Source: the human T2T-CHM13v2.0 reference genome, Homo sapiens
Strand: one strand, 5' to 3'
NCBI RefSeq assembly: GCF_009914755.1
Contig: NC_060937.1
Length of the DNA stretch: 64,000 nt
Part shown: positions 14,211 through 28,510 of the stretch, piece after piece
Layout of the letters: every line of letters starts with the position of its first letter
Position numbering within the stretch: the stretch's first letter is position 1
Position numbers and translations under genes: made by a program
The notes under the pieces: model-generated
What the model saw: the letters and a program-made list of their open reading frames with translations, nothing else
Database searches by the model: none
Told to the model about the DNA's origin: nothing

Positions 14211-14639
14211 CATGGTGCCCCACATTTGTTCTCTCTCTGCTGCCCAGTGTGATCCACATGTGCTTTCCTCACTAATCAGTTAGTATGGCCTTAGGGAATC
14301 GAGATATTTTTACCAATAACATAAGAAATACCTAATTAGGAGGAAAAATCCACTAATCTAACATTGTGCAATATACTCAAACCCTTTCTTTTGAATTGCT
14401 TCTGCCATTATTAGCATAGTTCTGTGAAGGCTGGGTGGCTGTGTGTGAACAGATGCATGTAAAGAAAAGTTAACACCACATTACAGACATTGAAATGAAA
14501 CCTACATTTAGTTCATGAAACTACGGAAAACCAGAAGGGCAGTGTAGGGCCGCAGTCATATATGTGCATGAAGGATGATGTCAGTACTCCTCATCCAACC
14601 TGCCAAGCCCCTTACCAATAAAGCATTAGTTTGCTGTCA

Positions 14640-14905
14640 AGTACAATGGATAAGGACATGGGCTTTGGAGTCAGATTACCTGGGTATTACCTGGAGTCAG
14701 ATTACCATGATCTTTTTCTCACTAAGAGATGTATGACAGCTGGCAAGTTGTTTATATTTCCTGAGCCTTAGTTTCTCCATATATAAAATGGGAATAATGG
14801 TAGACTTATCCTTATAGAATTGTTGTGAAGATTAAGTGAGATGGTTCATGAAGAACTTTCAGGACAGAGCCTGGCATATGTTAACATTATTCATAAATGT
14901 TGGCC
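14640..14905 (+). mobile_element. MIR SINE, near full length
   Basis: 'ggctttggagtcagat...ctgagccttagtttctccatatataaaatggg...gtgaagattaagtgagat'. Confidence 0.8.
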
Positions 14906-15116
14906 ATGTTAAACAAAAACTAAGCTCAATGGCTGGACATAATAGGCCCTCAAAGACGTTGGTTGAACATAGGCCAACACAGAGGTACTGTGTCCTTTGA
15001 TAGTTCCCCTTTCTTTATCTCTATCTGCTTAAAGATTGAGCTGATGTTAGTCATTTTACTAAATAAACGTTCTTTTTTAGGGAATGAGTAGATCCTGCCC
15101 TATGCTTAGGAACTGT

Positions 15117-15151
<35 letters not shown>

Positions 15152-15312
15152 ATATAGAAGAATAGTTTAGGGGAAGGAAAAGAAGGAGGGAGGAGGAGGA
15201 TTCTTGCAGTCATAGTTCTAATGCCTAAGCATGGACTGTATCAGATAACTGGTCCCCCTGATCTTCCTTTTCATCCTTGCTTTCACCTTGGTCTCTGCTT
15301 TTTGCTTTAAGA

Positions 15313-15656
15313 CAGGGTCCCCAAGCCCAGGGTTGCAGTCCGTGGCCTGTTAGGAACCAGTCTGAACACCAGACAGTGAGTGGTCAGCGAGTGAGCATTA
15401 CGAGTGAGCATTAACCTCTGAGCTCCGCCTTCTGTCAGATCAGCCAGGGCATTAGATTCTCTCAGGAGCAGGAACACTATTGTGAACTGTGCATGCGAGG
15501 GATCTAGGTTGTGCGCTCCTTATGAGAATCTGATGTCTGATGATCTCAGGTGGAATGGTTTCATCCCAAAACTATACCCCCTACCCCAACCTCGTCTGTG
15601 GAAAAACTGTCTTCCACAAAAATGGTCCCTGGTGCCAGAAAGATTGGACACCGCTG
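15313..15656 (+). mobile_element. MER1B hAT-Charlie element with 8-bp TSD
   Basis: cagggtcccca...accgctg termini; TSD ctttaaga (15305-15312) / ctttagga (15657-15664); MER1B core 'gcatgcgagggatctaggttg'. Confidence 0.88.
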
Positions 15657-17099
15657 CTTTAGGATGCCCAGAGTCTGGGGAACACTGTCTTTTGTCGTCT
15701 ACTTTCCAGTTGTGCTTGCTCAGGATTTCAGCTCCCCCTTCCAGCCCCCTCATCCATCTCCCTCCAGCCCATGCACCCTGCTTTCTTATGAAATTGAGGG
15801 TCCTACTTTAACCTTCCAAAACTAAAGGATCAATAATTAATTCAGCTAAAGTTATGTAGGTAAAAATTAGGACCTTTTGAGTTGTTGTTTTTCCTTGGGG
15901 AAGTAGAAGCTGGAGAAAGCTACTCAGTGCTTGCATGTTCATCAGAATCTATATAGGGAGTCCTTTTCAAACCACAGAGGCTTTGAGCGCCCCGTCCCAC
16001 CCACTGCTGCATTACTAAAAGAGTAAGAGATAGAAATGGTGGTGTGTGTGTTCATGTGTGCATTTTTAAAACAAATATTTTTAATTCTTTTAATAAATTA
16101 TTGAAAAGTAACCAAATGATGTTTTTCCTTTAAAGTCTCTGAATGAATTTAGCTTTGTATAACTAGGTTTTGCTGTGTCAGAGCCTTTTTTGAAAGAAGA
16201 ATTAGTAGCAGACTCTCTTAATAACTTAAAGTTGTATTTTGAAACTGGTACCTGTAATATTTAGTATATTTTAATTCTATTTTTCTGTGACTACTTTGTA
16301 AGAGAAAAGAAATTATTTGTTCTTTCACATTAATGACAATTGTGAGTATAGTCATCACGGGATTAAATAAAAGAAGATTTCTAAGTGCTCCAGAATTCCT
16401 GTTTATGTGTGTTCTATGAAAAAGTTTACTGAGGGAATTTTATTTGCTGATTCTTTATCAATTTTATTTCTCTATGTATTATGTGGTGCATTACTGCTAT
16501 TATTATTGTTTATCTTTACATCAGCACTGAAGGTAGTATTGCATTTTCCTTTGCTAGATTTTTGTTTTGTCTAGCATAAACAGCATCACAATTTAAATAT
16601 TTATGGTAGACATCATTTTAAGAGGTATTTTTTCTTTTCTTCCTAACCACTTTTAACAGGAGACATTACAAGAGAACACTATGGGAAGTTAAGATGATAT
16701 TTGTCTTTACTGGTGTTTTCATGCTGTTTTCTAGTTGATTTATATCATTATTTAATGCCAAAATGTGAGACTTGATAAAATAATAATGCAAAATGCTATA
16801 CTCTTGCTTAGTTTTTATTGTATCAATTTGTATTGAAAATACATAAAATGTTTTAAAAATAATAATGCAAAAATTAATTAGGTCTCATGAACACTGGGGT
16901 GTTCATCATGACAGTTCTTGAATAACTGTGTTTTGGTTCTGAGGAGAGTGCACTGTTGATTTGGAAGAAATGAAGACATCGTTGAAGAAAGACTAAAATA
17001 TCAACTGTCACCACTCACCCCCAAGTGTTTTAATTTTCTTCAAGAATCCCGCAGAGATTTTATGGGGTTGTCAAAGTGGTTGTTAGTAGGCAAGGATTA

Positions 17100-17490
17100 A
17101 TCAACAGTATTTATTGCAGGCATTTTTACTAAGTGTTTTTCATATGCATTATCTGATACAATCCTTATGCCAATTCTAAATTTGGAATTGAACCTCATCT
17201 TGATGTGATTTACCATGAACCCCATAGCTAATTAGTAGCAGGAGTCAGATTTCAAATTCTTACATGTCTCTTTCTGCCAAATAGCGGAGCCTGTGCTGTT
17301 TAATGAACATTGTCTATGATTCTCATGCCATTCTGTAAAGTGGTATTCCCATGCTCATATTTAGAGATGATCAGATCAAAGCTCAGTGAGGTCAAAAACC
17401 TTGTCTAATACCACAGAGTTTGTGGTACTAGGATTGGAATTGAGGCATGCCTGATCCCAAGACCTGTGTTAAAACTTCATGCTGCCTCAG
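17100..17490 (-). mobile_element. Two degenerate MIR fragments
   Basis: 'cccatagctaattagtagcaggagtcagatttcaaa' and 'atttagagatga...gctcagtgaggtcaa'. Confidence 0.55.
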
Positions 17491-18082
17491 TGTCCTTTCC
17501 ACTTGCTCCCAAAATAAACCTCATCATGTACTCTCTGTTTAATTCTTCCAATCAGCCGTTATACATCAACATTTCTCAGACTGTTGATGAGAAATTTATT
17601 AAAAGCATGTGAGATGGCCCCTCTCCTTTTCTATAGGTTAGGAGTCAGAATTGGGATCTTTTGAAAATTTATTTTTGCCTATTAAAAATGCTAAAGAAGA
17701 AGTTCCTGCAAGATCTATGTAGTAAGGCATATTAGTGAGCATTTGTGATGGTACATTGTCTCAGCTAAGGCAAGATAAACAGACAAGCTGTGAAAGGAGA
17801 ATGCAAATTAGTAATTACCACCATTTGTCCTGATTCTGCAGGATACAGGCTAGGGACAATGGAAAGATACATGAAAAACATAAGACAAAATCCTTGTCAT
17901 TATGGTATTTATAATCCAGCTGAGTAGACTAAATCTACTGTGTGTTCACTGTATGTGTCATATACCACAAGAGAAATTCTGCTCTTATTTGGGCATTTCA
18001 TACTTGTCATCTCCTTGGTGCAATTCTAGTTCCATGATTGTATGAAACATCTATAATTAGGAAATTTTAAATAACCAAAAAG

Positions 18083-21000
18083 TACTTCTGCTTCCAGCCA
18101 ATATAGAGTAACAGGGATTAGATTTACTTTTCCATCTGAAACCAAATAAACCAGACAAAATATTTGAAGCAACAAAAGACAGCAATGCCTGAGAGAAAGG
18201 GAACAAATGAGCACTTTGATTGCTCTAACTAACTGCATGGAGAGAGTTTCCAGGCTGTGGCTCAGAAAAAAAAAAAAAGACCCAGGCTGTAACTGGCAAA
18301 ATCCCTGAACTGAGGAGATAGAGCTATAGGTCTGGGGAAATCAAGGCAACTGGAGTTCACAGGACAGAGTACTTGAGAAAGAACCCCAGAGATTTACAGA
18401 GGGTCTTCCTTGAGTATTTCACTGATCATTACATAAATGCAAGGAAGCTACTCATAAGTTGAGGAAAAGGCCATCTGAAAGGATTAAAGAGAAGAATGCC
18501 TCAAATCCACACAGGGCTAGGGCTATTGCCTGTTCCCCTCAGCCAGATTGGAAAATATTACAATTCATGGGGCATTAGGTAGATAACTCAGAAGGGATTT
18601 ACCTCAGAGTCAGGAATAATTAGCCCCATTCTAAACAAAGCTCTGATCCCAACTAACAAATATTAAAGCTAGACCTGAAAAGATCAGACTGTTTCCAGAT
18701 GACTTAACTATATTCCAGAACAAAGCTCAAGCGTATTTAATATTTATAGGAATACAAAATATCCAGCTTTTAACTAGGTAAAATTTATAATGTCTGGCAT
18801 CGAATTGAAGATCACCAGGCATGTAAAGAAGCAGGAAAATATGACCATTAATGAAAAGAAAAATACATAAACCAAAATGAACACAGAATTCACAGTATTA
18901 TTAGAATAACAGACAAGGCATTAAAACAGTTTTTATAACTATATTTCATGTATTCAGATAGTTGAGTAGGGACATGAAAATATGAGAAATGGTTCAAACT
19001 GAACTTTTGGAAAAGAAAACTACAATGTATGAGATTTTAAAAAACACACTGAATTGAATTAATGGCAGCTTATACATTTCAAAAGCAAAGATTAGTGAGA
19101 TTGTGAGACCATAAAATAAGAAATTATAGAAAAAGAAAATCCAAATAAAAAATAAATTTTTAAAAATGAGATGAGTATCAAGGATCTGGAGACAACTTCA
19201 AGTGGCCTAATGTGGATGCAACTGCAATTCCCCAAAGAAAGGAGTGGAGTGGAAGAAATATTTGAAGAAATACTGGCCATTATTTTCATTTGATAAAACT
19301 GTAAACCCACAAATCCAACAAGCTCAACAAATCACAAGCATGAGAAACATGAGATACATCATGACTGAAGTGCTCAAAACACAGGACAGAATAGGAAAAA
19401 AACAGTTATGATGCATATAGAGGAATAAGAATAAAAATAAAAATAACAGCAGGATTCTCTTGAGAAATAATGCAAATAAAAAGACAGTGAAGGCAGTGCT
19501 GGAAAAAAAATCAACTTAGAATTCTATACCCAGTGAAAATAACTTTCAGAAAAGAAAGTAAAAAAGGCTTTTTCAGACATACAAACATTGAAAGAAATAA
19601 TCACCAAGAGACTTCTACTACAAGAAATATTAGAGGAGGTCCTTTGCGCACAAGAAAATTGATACCAGATGAATTGGCAATAAAAAGAAGAGAGCTGAAA
19701 ATGCTCTTGTGGGAGTGCTTTTTACCTGCATTATCCAATATAGTCCTCACACCAGTTCGGCGAAGTAGGAGCTAAACCTCAGGATGAAATGACTAACATT
19801 GGCCACATAGCTAGTTAATAAAGCGGCACTCAGTGAATTAGAAAACATAAAAAGACAATTGAGAAAACCAAAGAAACTAAAATCTGTATCTTAAAAAGAT
19901 TGATAAAATTGATGAAACTGTAGCCAAACTGATTAGGGAAAAATAATAGGAAAGAAAAGCAACAGCCAAAGCAGAAATGATAAGGGTGACATTACTGTAG
20001 ATGCTACAGATATTCAGAAGATAATAAAAGAACATTTAGAGCAATTTTATTTTAATACATTTCTACAACTTAGATACAATAAGCTTATTATTTAAAGATA
20101 CCAACTACCAAACCTTACTCATAAATAAATAGATAACCTAAATTGCCCTATATCTATTAAAGAAATTGAATTTGTAGTTACAAACCTTCCTACAAAGTAA
20201 ACTTCAGGTGTGGATGATCTCATTGGTAAATTCTACCAAACATTTGATGTGGAAATAATACAAATTCTACACAAAATTTCCCAAAAAAACTAAAGAGAGG
20301 GCATATTTTCAAACTAATTCTCTAGAGACAATATAATCTTGATTCCAAAACCAGCCAAAGACATTACATGAAAAGAAAATGACAAACTGATATTTCTGAT
20401 GAACAGAGATGCTAAGATTATGGGCCAAATATTAGCAAATTTAATCTTATAATATATATAAAGAATAATATATTATGACCAAATGGGGTTTATTCCAGGA
20501 GTGTAGAGTCAATTTAACTTCTGAAAACCAAGCAATGCAATTCTTTGCATTAACAAATTAAAAACAGCAACATATAATCATCTCTATGATGACAGGAAAA
20601 CACTTAAAAATCTATTATCTACTTTTGATTTAAAAAACTCTCAGTGAGCCAGGCGTCTTGTTTCACACTTGTAATCCCAGCACTTTGAGAGGCCAAAGTG
20701 GGAGGATCACTTGAGCCAGTAGTTCAAGACTAGCCTAGGCAACACAGCAAGACCCAATCTCTATAAAAAATATACAAATTAGCCAGGCATGATGGCACAC
20801 ACCTGTGGTCCCAGCTACTTGGGAGGCTGAGGTGGGAGGATCTTTTGAGCCCAGTAGGTTAAGCTGTACTGAGCTGTGATTGTTGCTGTTGTTGTTTTCC
20901 TGAGACAGGGTCTCACTCTGTCACTCAGGATATAGGGTGACAGAGTGAGACCCTGTCTCAGGAAAACAACAAAAAAACAACTCTCAGTGAACTAAGAACA

Positions 21001-21903
21001 CAAGAAGAAAAATTCCTCAATCTGACAAGGGAACCCACAAAAATATCTAAAACTACCACCATACTTCATGGATACTGAGTGCTTTCCCCCTAAGGATTGG
21101 GAACAAGGCAAGGACGTCTGTTCTTACTCCCTGTAGTAAACTGGGAGCCTCTAGAGTCCCAGTAGAGTAAGACAAGAAAAAGAATTCAATTTCATATTGT
21201 AATGGAAAAAGGAGAACTGTCTTTATTCACAAATGATATAATTGTCTATGTAAAAAATCCAATGAAATCTAAAATAAAGCTACTAGAGCTAATAGCAATG
21301 TTTCTGCATACATAATCAAGTTGTAAATATCCAACTATATTTCTAAATACTAGCAAGAACGATAGAAATTGGGTTAGAGTCTCATTTACAATAAGCTTCA
21401 AAATATGAAATACCTAGGGATAAATCTGATAGACTTATAGTCAAAGTTTTATTTGGAATAGCAAAAGCTTGGTAACAATCCAAATATCCCTCAACAGATG
21501 AATGAATAAACAATTTGAGGTATATCTATACAATGGACTATTACTCAGCAAAGAATAGGAATAAACATGCAGCAAAATGGATGAACCTCAAAATAAATAT
21601 GCTAAGTGAAAGAAGTCGAACAATAAAAACAGTATATATTACATAATTCCATACTGTTCATGCATACTGTGTGATTCCACTTTTTTAAAAATTTGGAAAT
21701 TGCACTAATTTATCATAACAGAAATCAGATCAGTGCCTGCTTGCTAGTGGAGGCAGAATTATAACCAGGCACAGGGAATCTTCTGGGGGTAACTGACTTG
21801 ATTTTGATTATTGTTTCATGGGCATATAGCTATCTCTAAATATCAAATTATAAATTTTAAATATGTGTACTCTGTTAAATGTCAATTATACCTCAATAAG
21901 ACC
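18083..21903 (+). mobile_element. Old L1M (L1MC/MD-like) LINE: 5'UTR, ORF1 remnant, internally deleted ORF2 remnant and 3' end
   Basis: 5' 'acttctgcttccagcc...agtaacaggga'; A-rich ORF1-like segment; ORF2 motifs 'ccaaatggggtttattccagga', 'gattgggaacaaggcaagga'; 3' 'gtcaattatacctcaataa'. No intact ORF. Confidence 0.82.
20647..20978 (+). mobile_element. AluJ inserted in L1, carrying a fold-back inversion in its right arm
   Basis: TSD aactctcagtg(a) at 20636-20647 and 20979-20990; J diagnostics; 36-bp inverted repeat 20889-20924 / 20937-20972. Confidence 0.9.
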
Positions 21904-22530
21904 ACTAGCCTCCATCCCCAAAACAAAACAAAAGTATAAATAAGGCTAAAAAATAACAATAAAATAATTATTTTTTAAAAAACAGTATTTTCAGCCGTTT
22001 AGCACCTGTAAGCTTCTTCCTATTTTCCCATTTGAACATCTTGTTCCCTTGTTAGGATTCCTTTCTGTTATGCTTTACATTTACAAAACTTCCTTAATAA
22101 CCTCCTTATATGAGACCCTCTAGATATGTGATATTTGCCTTTTCTTTAATTTTCTGCTTTTGGAGTTCTCATTAATGGTGGCCATCTCCCCACTCATCTC
22201 TAGAAATTATGTAAGCCTGTTCTAGGACATTTCTTTCTTCCTTTTTCAGACTTGTATATTGTTGGAAAAATCACTGGTAAAATATTTATATGCATCTAGA
22301 TTTTGAGGCACTTTCTAATCTTTGAGCATATGTATTATATGGGATATATTCAATATATACCCATTATTAAAGTCATTGATCATATTAATTAGCAGATGGA
22401 GGTCACGAACGCTACTTATATTCCCTTAAGGCAAGAAAAGATCAGTGAGAAAGAATGTAGAAATATAGATTGGTTTAAGAACGGCTTCAAGGTATGCATA
22501 AAAATAAATATTATAAGAACAATAGGAAGC

Positions 22531-22716
22531 AATGATTCTCCAACCTGGATACATATTAAGATAGCGCAGGAAGATTTTAAAAAATACCTGCTCATGGGTG
22601 ATCTCCAAATTATACCATTGGACTCAGAAGTTTTGGTGGTGGGGCTTTGTGTTAATATTCTTAAAAAGTCTCCCCAGATGATTCTAGTTGTGCTGCCAGA
22701 GTTTTGAGAACCATGG
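22531..22716. mobile_element. MER5-type hAT-Charlie element
   Basis: 'ttaaaaagtctccccagatgattcta...ttttgagaaccatgg'. Confidence 0.65.
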
Positions 22717-22809
22717 CCATATGCAGTTGTAAGGATCTTGGACACTGGAATACAAAGACTGTCCTCTGCCACTTTCAACCTGAGTGACTCTGGGTGAGAT
22801 ATTAAGGAA

Positions 22810-22996
22810 GTGGTGCTCAAACTTTGACTGCACTTTGGAGTCATCTGCATAGCTTTAAAAATTATTGATGCCTGATGCCTGGGTCACACCCCTAAAAATT
22901 CTAATTTCAGTGGTCTGAGGCACCACTTGGACATGGAGCTATTTGTAAGGATCTTTTAATGTAACTCTGACGTGCAGCCAAAATTGTGAACCACTG
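22810..22996. mobile_element. MER5A/MER5A1-type element inserted in a MIR
   Basis: 'gtggtgctcaaactttg...gatgcctgggtcacacccc...gtgcagccaaaattgtgaaccactg'. Confidence 0.7.
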
Positions 22997-23550
22997 TTCT
23001 AAGATGAGCTTACTCAGCTATGGCATGTGAACAATAACTCACAGTTTTTGTTGTCATTCTTGTTTGTTTGTATTTTTGTGTATGTGAAGCTTTGAAAAAT
23101 AATGCATGTTAAGAATTTAATATAGTTGTTTGGCTTATAATAAGCAGTTGATAGAAAGTGATTATTATTTTGGTGTTTTCTGGGTCCCTTCAACTCAAGA
23201 AAAGTGAGATCTATACAGGAGAACTCCAAACCAAGAAAGGTTTTTTTTTTTTTTTTTGGCCAGACTCTGAAAAAGTAGGCTCTAATATATATTTTTAAAA
23301 AGTCTATACCCATGAAGGACCGTGTGAGGAGATGCTATCTTATATAGAATAGGGCTGAGGCTTATTGAGGCTTTGCCAAGATTTCAGAGTAAATCTTATT
23401 CACTTTGAATAAGAAATTTGTCTTATGAGAAAACTATTGGCTTGAAATGTGGTGAATACAAGGGCTGAGGGAGACTCCAGTGGGTTTGTACCTATTCTCA
23501 GCCTTACCCAGGAGCTGGCTGAAATGGGTTAGTTGATGGAAAAATCTCTT

Positions 23551-23585
23551 TGTGTGTGTGTGTATGTGTGTGTGTGTGTGTGTGT
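23551..23585. repeat. (TG)n microsatellite
   Basis: Directly visible. Confidence 0.95.
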
Positions 23586-24181
23586 TTTAAGTAAGTTTTT
23601 CTGTTCGTAAGTGACGTTATTTTGATTGTTAAATGTGATGTTTTTCTATTGTAAAAGAAAAGTCACTAAAAACTGAGAGGACAAATGGTACCTCATAAGC
23701 ACCCAGACTTGAGCACCTGAATAAAAGCCTGCCCCAGATCTTCCTGGGACTGACTCAGGTTGACTGCTCTAAGCACTGTGATAGAAATAGTCTGTAATAG
23801 AAATGCATTAGTCTTGGATTGTTATCACCATCATCATTGGTGAACCCAGACTTTCCCTACACCAAATCAATCCCTTTCCCTCCAGCTTCTATTACTCCAG
23901 CTCTTCTGTGGGCAAGGTACTAGCTTCTCAAGGTATTACTTTGATATTGTGACTCTCTTGAGATCCTACATTAGCTTTCAATTGGATCAAAATAAACTCT
24001 CCATCTTGGGGTGTAAAACCACCCTCTAACTCCTTAATTTAATTTCCCTGCTTCCCAGGTCACTCTAATCCAGCTTGGCATACCTGCTTGTTATCACCTG
24101 TTTGAGCTCTCTTTCCCTCTCACCTGTAATGCACCTCGTGTCTCTGGAGCCCTTACTCTGTTCAGTGACAGCATCAGGTAT

Positions 24182-24541
24182 TGTCTTAGTCACTTTGGGC
24201 TGCTCTAACACGTTACCATAGTCTGGGTGGCTTAAACAACAGAAATTGATTTCTCACAGTTCTGGAGGCTGGGAAGTCCAAGATCAAGGTGCCAGAAGAT
24301 TTGATTCCCAGTGAGGGCTCTCTTCCTGGCTTGCAGACGACCATATTCTTGCTGTGTTCTCACATGGTTGTTAATGGAGAGAGATGACGCTCTCCCTTTC
24401 TTCTTATAAGGGCACTAATCCCATCATAAGGGCTCTACCTTCATAACCTACTTTCCTCCCAAAAGTCCTACCTTCAAATAGCATCACATATGAAATGTTG
24501 ACATATGAAATTTAGGGGGACACAAGCATTCAGTTTTTAAT
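24182..24541 (-). mobile_element. MLT1A/A0-type MaLR solo LTR
   Basis: 'tgtcttagtc...ctgggtggcttaaacaacagaaatt...ctcacagttctggaggctgggaagtccaagatcaagg...ggggacacaagcattcag'. Confidence 0.88.
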
Positions 24542-24824
24542 AGGCATAATGTCATTATTCCCATTTGAATAATGAGAATCTCAAGGATTAGAGATATTAA
24601 ATAATTCAGCCCAGGGCACATAGGTAGTAAGTGGTAGAACATGGCTTTTTCACTGTCTGTATATCACATACTGTAAATTTCTCCTTACCAAGAAGTATGA
24701 CTTAAATTCCTGATTATAGCCATCATAACAAGTACAGCTGAGATAGCATCCTTTATTCTAGCTCCCTAGCTCCCCACGTATAAATTCTAAAATACATAAA
24801 TTAGAACTTACTGAAATATCTTTT

Positions 24825-25152
<328 letters not shown>

Positions 25153-25243
25153 TAGGGGTGGGGGTGGGGTTAGGGGGTGGCAGCTGGGGATGATTTTCGT
25201 ACTGCTATCATTCCTTCATTCCTATTTAGGTGTCATGCATTAG

Positions 25244-25570
<327 letters not shown>

Positions 25571-26319
25571 TCCACTGCTTTTCATAGATCTCGGTAAAGA
25601 CTTTGTAATGAAAAATATGTCACCTGCCTTAAAAACAGTGTGTTGTCAGTAAATTATCAGCCCACTTCCAGAGTCCAATCAAATATATCAGTATAACTGG
25701 AGACTCTACTATGTGTTCCATGAAAACATAGCATCTGAATGATGAATGGTCTTTGCCTTCAAGAGATTTATATCCTGGTGGTAACAAGAACATATTGAAA
25801 ATAAGAGTAATAATAATTTCCTTTAAATTATCTTTATTAATTGAATTGTTTAAACTATTTAGGTACACAACAGGGGCAGCTGCTTTAATTTGAACTTCTC
25901 CAGCGGGAAACCTGAAACACAAAGTAGATAGGTGACCTGCTTCAGTCTCCTTGTGGGATCAGCCATAGATTCACTGCTGCTGAGGCCTCCTGCTTTCTGG
26001 CAAGCTGGGCAGTAAAGCTGATACCTATGTGCCTGGCCATATCTCATTTATGACTGAGATCCAAGGCAAGATTGTGAAATATTTATTCCTAGGAATATCT
26101 ATTGACAACTGATGTACTTCTTGGGAATTTTCACAAATTTGACAATTAGATAAAAAGAAATGGCAAATTCAATAAAATTTTAAATCAACTATAACACCTT
26201 GCACTTACAATTAAATGACCAGGTTTATTTTCATTTTTATTTTTTTATTTTGATGCCCCAGACTAGCTATGCTGTATGGACAAGTGTTTCAAGTTAGTCT
26301 CACAATAGGGAATCATCAA

Positions 26320-28250
26320 GCAGTTCATTAAGTATTTCCTGAGGACCTATAATGAGCTAGGTACAGTCTGAAAAACACAGGCAAAATCTCTGATCTCATA
26401 GAGATTCTATTCTAGTTGAGGTGTGGTAAAATGGGGAAGATGGCAATCACCAAGTAAACTATTAAGAATGTGCCCTAAAGGAAATAAAATAAGACTATGT
26501 GATAAAGGAAAAATAGGAGACTAATGTAGACAGAGTGGTCAGGGAAGTTCTCACTTAGAGATGCCTTGTGAGCTGAAACCTGAGGGGAGAAAGAAACAAG
26601 CCATGTGAAGACCTAGGGGTACTCTTCTAGGTACTTAGAACAGCAAGTGCAAGGGCTCTGTGGCAGTAAGGAACTTAGCATGTGCACAGCAAAAGGACAG
26701 TGTGGCTGCAGCAAACAGAGGGGAGAGTAGCAAGAGAAAAGGAAAAGGACCCATTATTGGAGACCTGATGATTTTGGCTCTTCTTTAGTGTGAAATAAAG
26801 AATAGGGTTTAGTGGAGAAGTGTTTTGTTTTGAGAGTAGTTGTACATCGAGAGGATCATCTGTCTCTTGTGTTGAGAATAGGCTGTAGAGGTGTAAATCA
26901 AAAATAAAATTCTAAACCCCTCAGCTGACTGAATGGATCCCTTCTGAATGTCCTCCCCAAGGACATTCCAAAGTAAACCTGAAAAGCTAGTTCTGACCAT
27001 GATGGGAAGCGGGGGTTAGAGAAGCCTCATTATACCCTTCTCCCTCTGGAATTCAGGCCAACTGCCCAGCATTAACATTAAAACAGAGATCTTAAGATTG
27101 ACAAAACAGCAATAAGATACCAAAATCCAACCTGACTAGTATAACATCACATGACAGATAGCAGACCCTGAAAAAAATAAAAGTATTTTACCCCAAAATA
27201 CTTTTCTTGAGAATGACCCTGCAAAGCTGTCTCTTGTAGGGAAAATCTACATTCTGCAGAGAATCCCCTTCATCTTCCAGGTCTTTTACTAACCCAGGAG
27301 AGAATTAACTAAGAGTCTGGCACCTTTACCATTTATTCTCTCTGAAGCCTGCTATCTGGAGGATTTATCTACATAATAAAAACCTTGGTTCCACAATCTC
27401 TTATCTTAACCCAGACACTCCTTTCTATTGGTTCCAGGTCTTTAGATAATAACTCTTTCAACCAATTGCCAATCAGAAAACTTTGAATCCACCTATTTCC
27501 TGGAACCACAACACCACCCTCCTCCACTTGAAGTTATTCCACTTTTCTGGATTGAACTCATGTGTACCTTTGAGGTATTGATTGATGTCTGCCTGTAGCT
27601 TCTGTCCCCCTAAAATGTATAAAATCAAGTTGCAACCCAATAACCTTGGGCACATGTTCTCAGGACTTCCTGGGGCTACGTCATGGGCCTTGGTCACTCA
27701 CATTAGGCTCAGAATAAACCTCCTTAAATATTTTACAGTGTTTGACTCTTTTCATTGACAGAGGGCCAAGGATAGCCAGGACATAACATTTGTTGTTTAG
27801 GAAATTACTGAAATAGCTCAGGAGAAGGAGAGGTGGCTTGGATTTTATGGTAACTGTGTTAAGATGTGGTCAGAGTCTGGACATGCTTGAATAATATCTT
27901 CATGTAAAAGAGAGATAGGAGTCAAAAAGTATTCTAAAGTTTCTGGCTTAAACAATTAGAAGTTGAATATTACTATTGACTGAGATTGTAAAGGCTAAAA
28001 GTGGAACAGTTTGGGGGGATGATTAAGAGTTCAGTTTTGGGCATGTGAAGGATGAAGTGTCCAAGTGGAGGTATCCAGTAAGTCACTGGATATAGAATTC
28101 TGGAGTTTGGGGAGAGATCTGTCCTAGGGATGTGCATTTGGGCAATTGATGGCACATGGTTGGTGTTTAAAGCTATGAGACTAGATGAGATTGCCAAGAG
28201 AGTACCAGGTCATGGGGAAGGCACAGAGAACAGATGAGGAGTGTGTCTTC
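26320..28250 (-). mobile_element. L2 fragment split by the MER4D-type LTR
   Basis: Antisense L2 motifs 'gtggtcagggaag...tgagctgaaacctga' and 'gagttcagttttgggcatgtg...tttaaagctatgagactagatgagat' on either side of the LTR. Confidence 0.8.
26892..27760 (+). mobile_element. ERV1 solo LTR, MER4D/E-type, with 4-bp TSD
   Basis: TG...CA termini; TSD gagg at 26888-26891 and 27761-27764; 'tgtaaatcaaaaataaaattcta' start; TATA-like tgtataaaa and AATAAA near the 3' end. Confidence 0.9.
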
Positions 28251-28510
28251 ATATCTTGCTTTCTAGGACGTATCTAGGAAGATTCTGGAGTCTCTGGCTT
28301 GTGAGCCTCTCCTTTCCTCTTGGCTGATTTGTTTGTATTTCATCCACTTTTCTTGAACTAGTCTGTGGCTTTAGTATCAGATGACAGTATTCACTAATTC
28401 CTGAAACAGCATGAATAATTAACATCAGGATAAAAAAAATGGTCATAAGTGATTGGGACCCATCTAAGTATTTGGAGGAATCACCTAAATGGAATAAGAT
28501 ATATATACAA

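Noticed and set aside
16625-16700. Acceptor-like site (pyrimidine tract, ctaac, aacag|g at 16659) as a possible next exon
   Set aside because: The branch-like motif is very close to the AG, there is no good donor or canonical AATAAA just downstream, and joining to the 7337 donor gives an immediate stop
22396-22850. Overlapping 103-aa and 144-aa ORFs
   Set aside because: They span MER5/MIR fragments and show no recognisable domain
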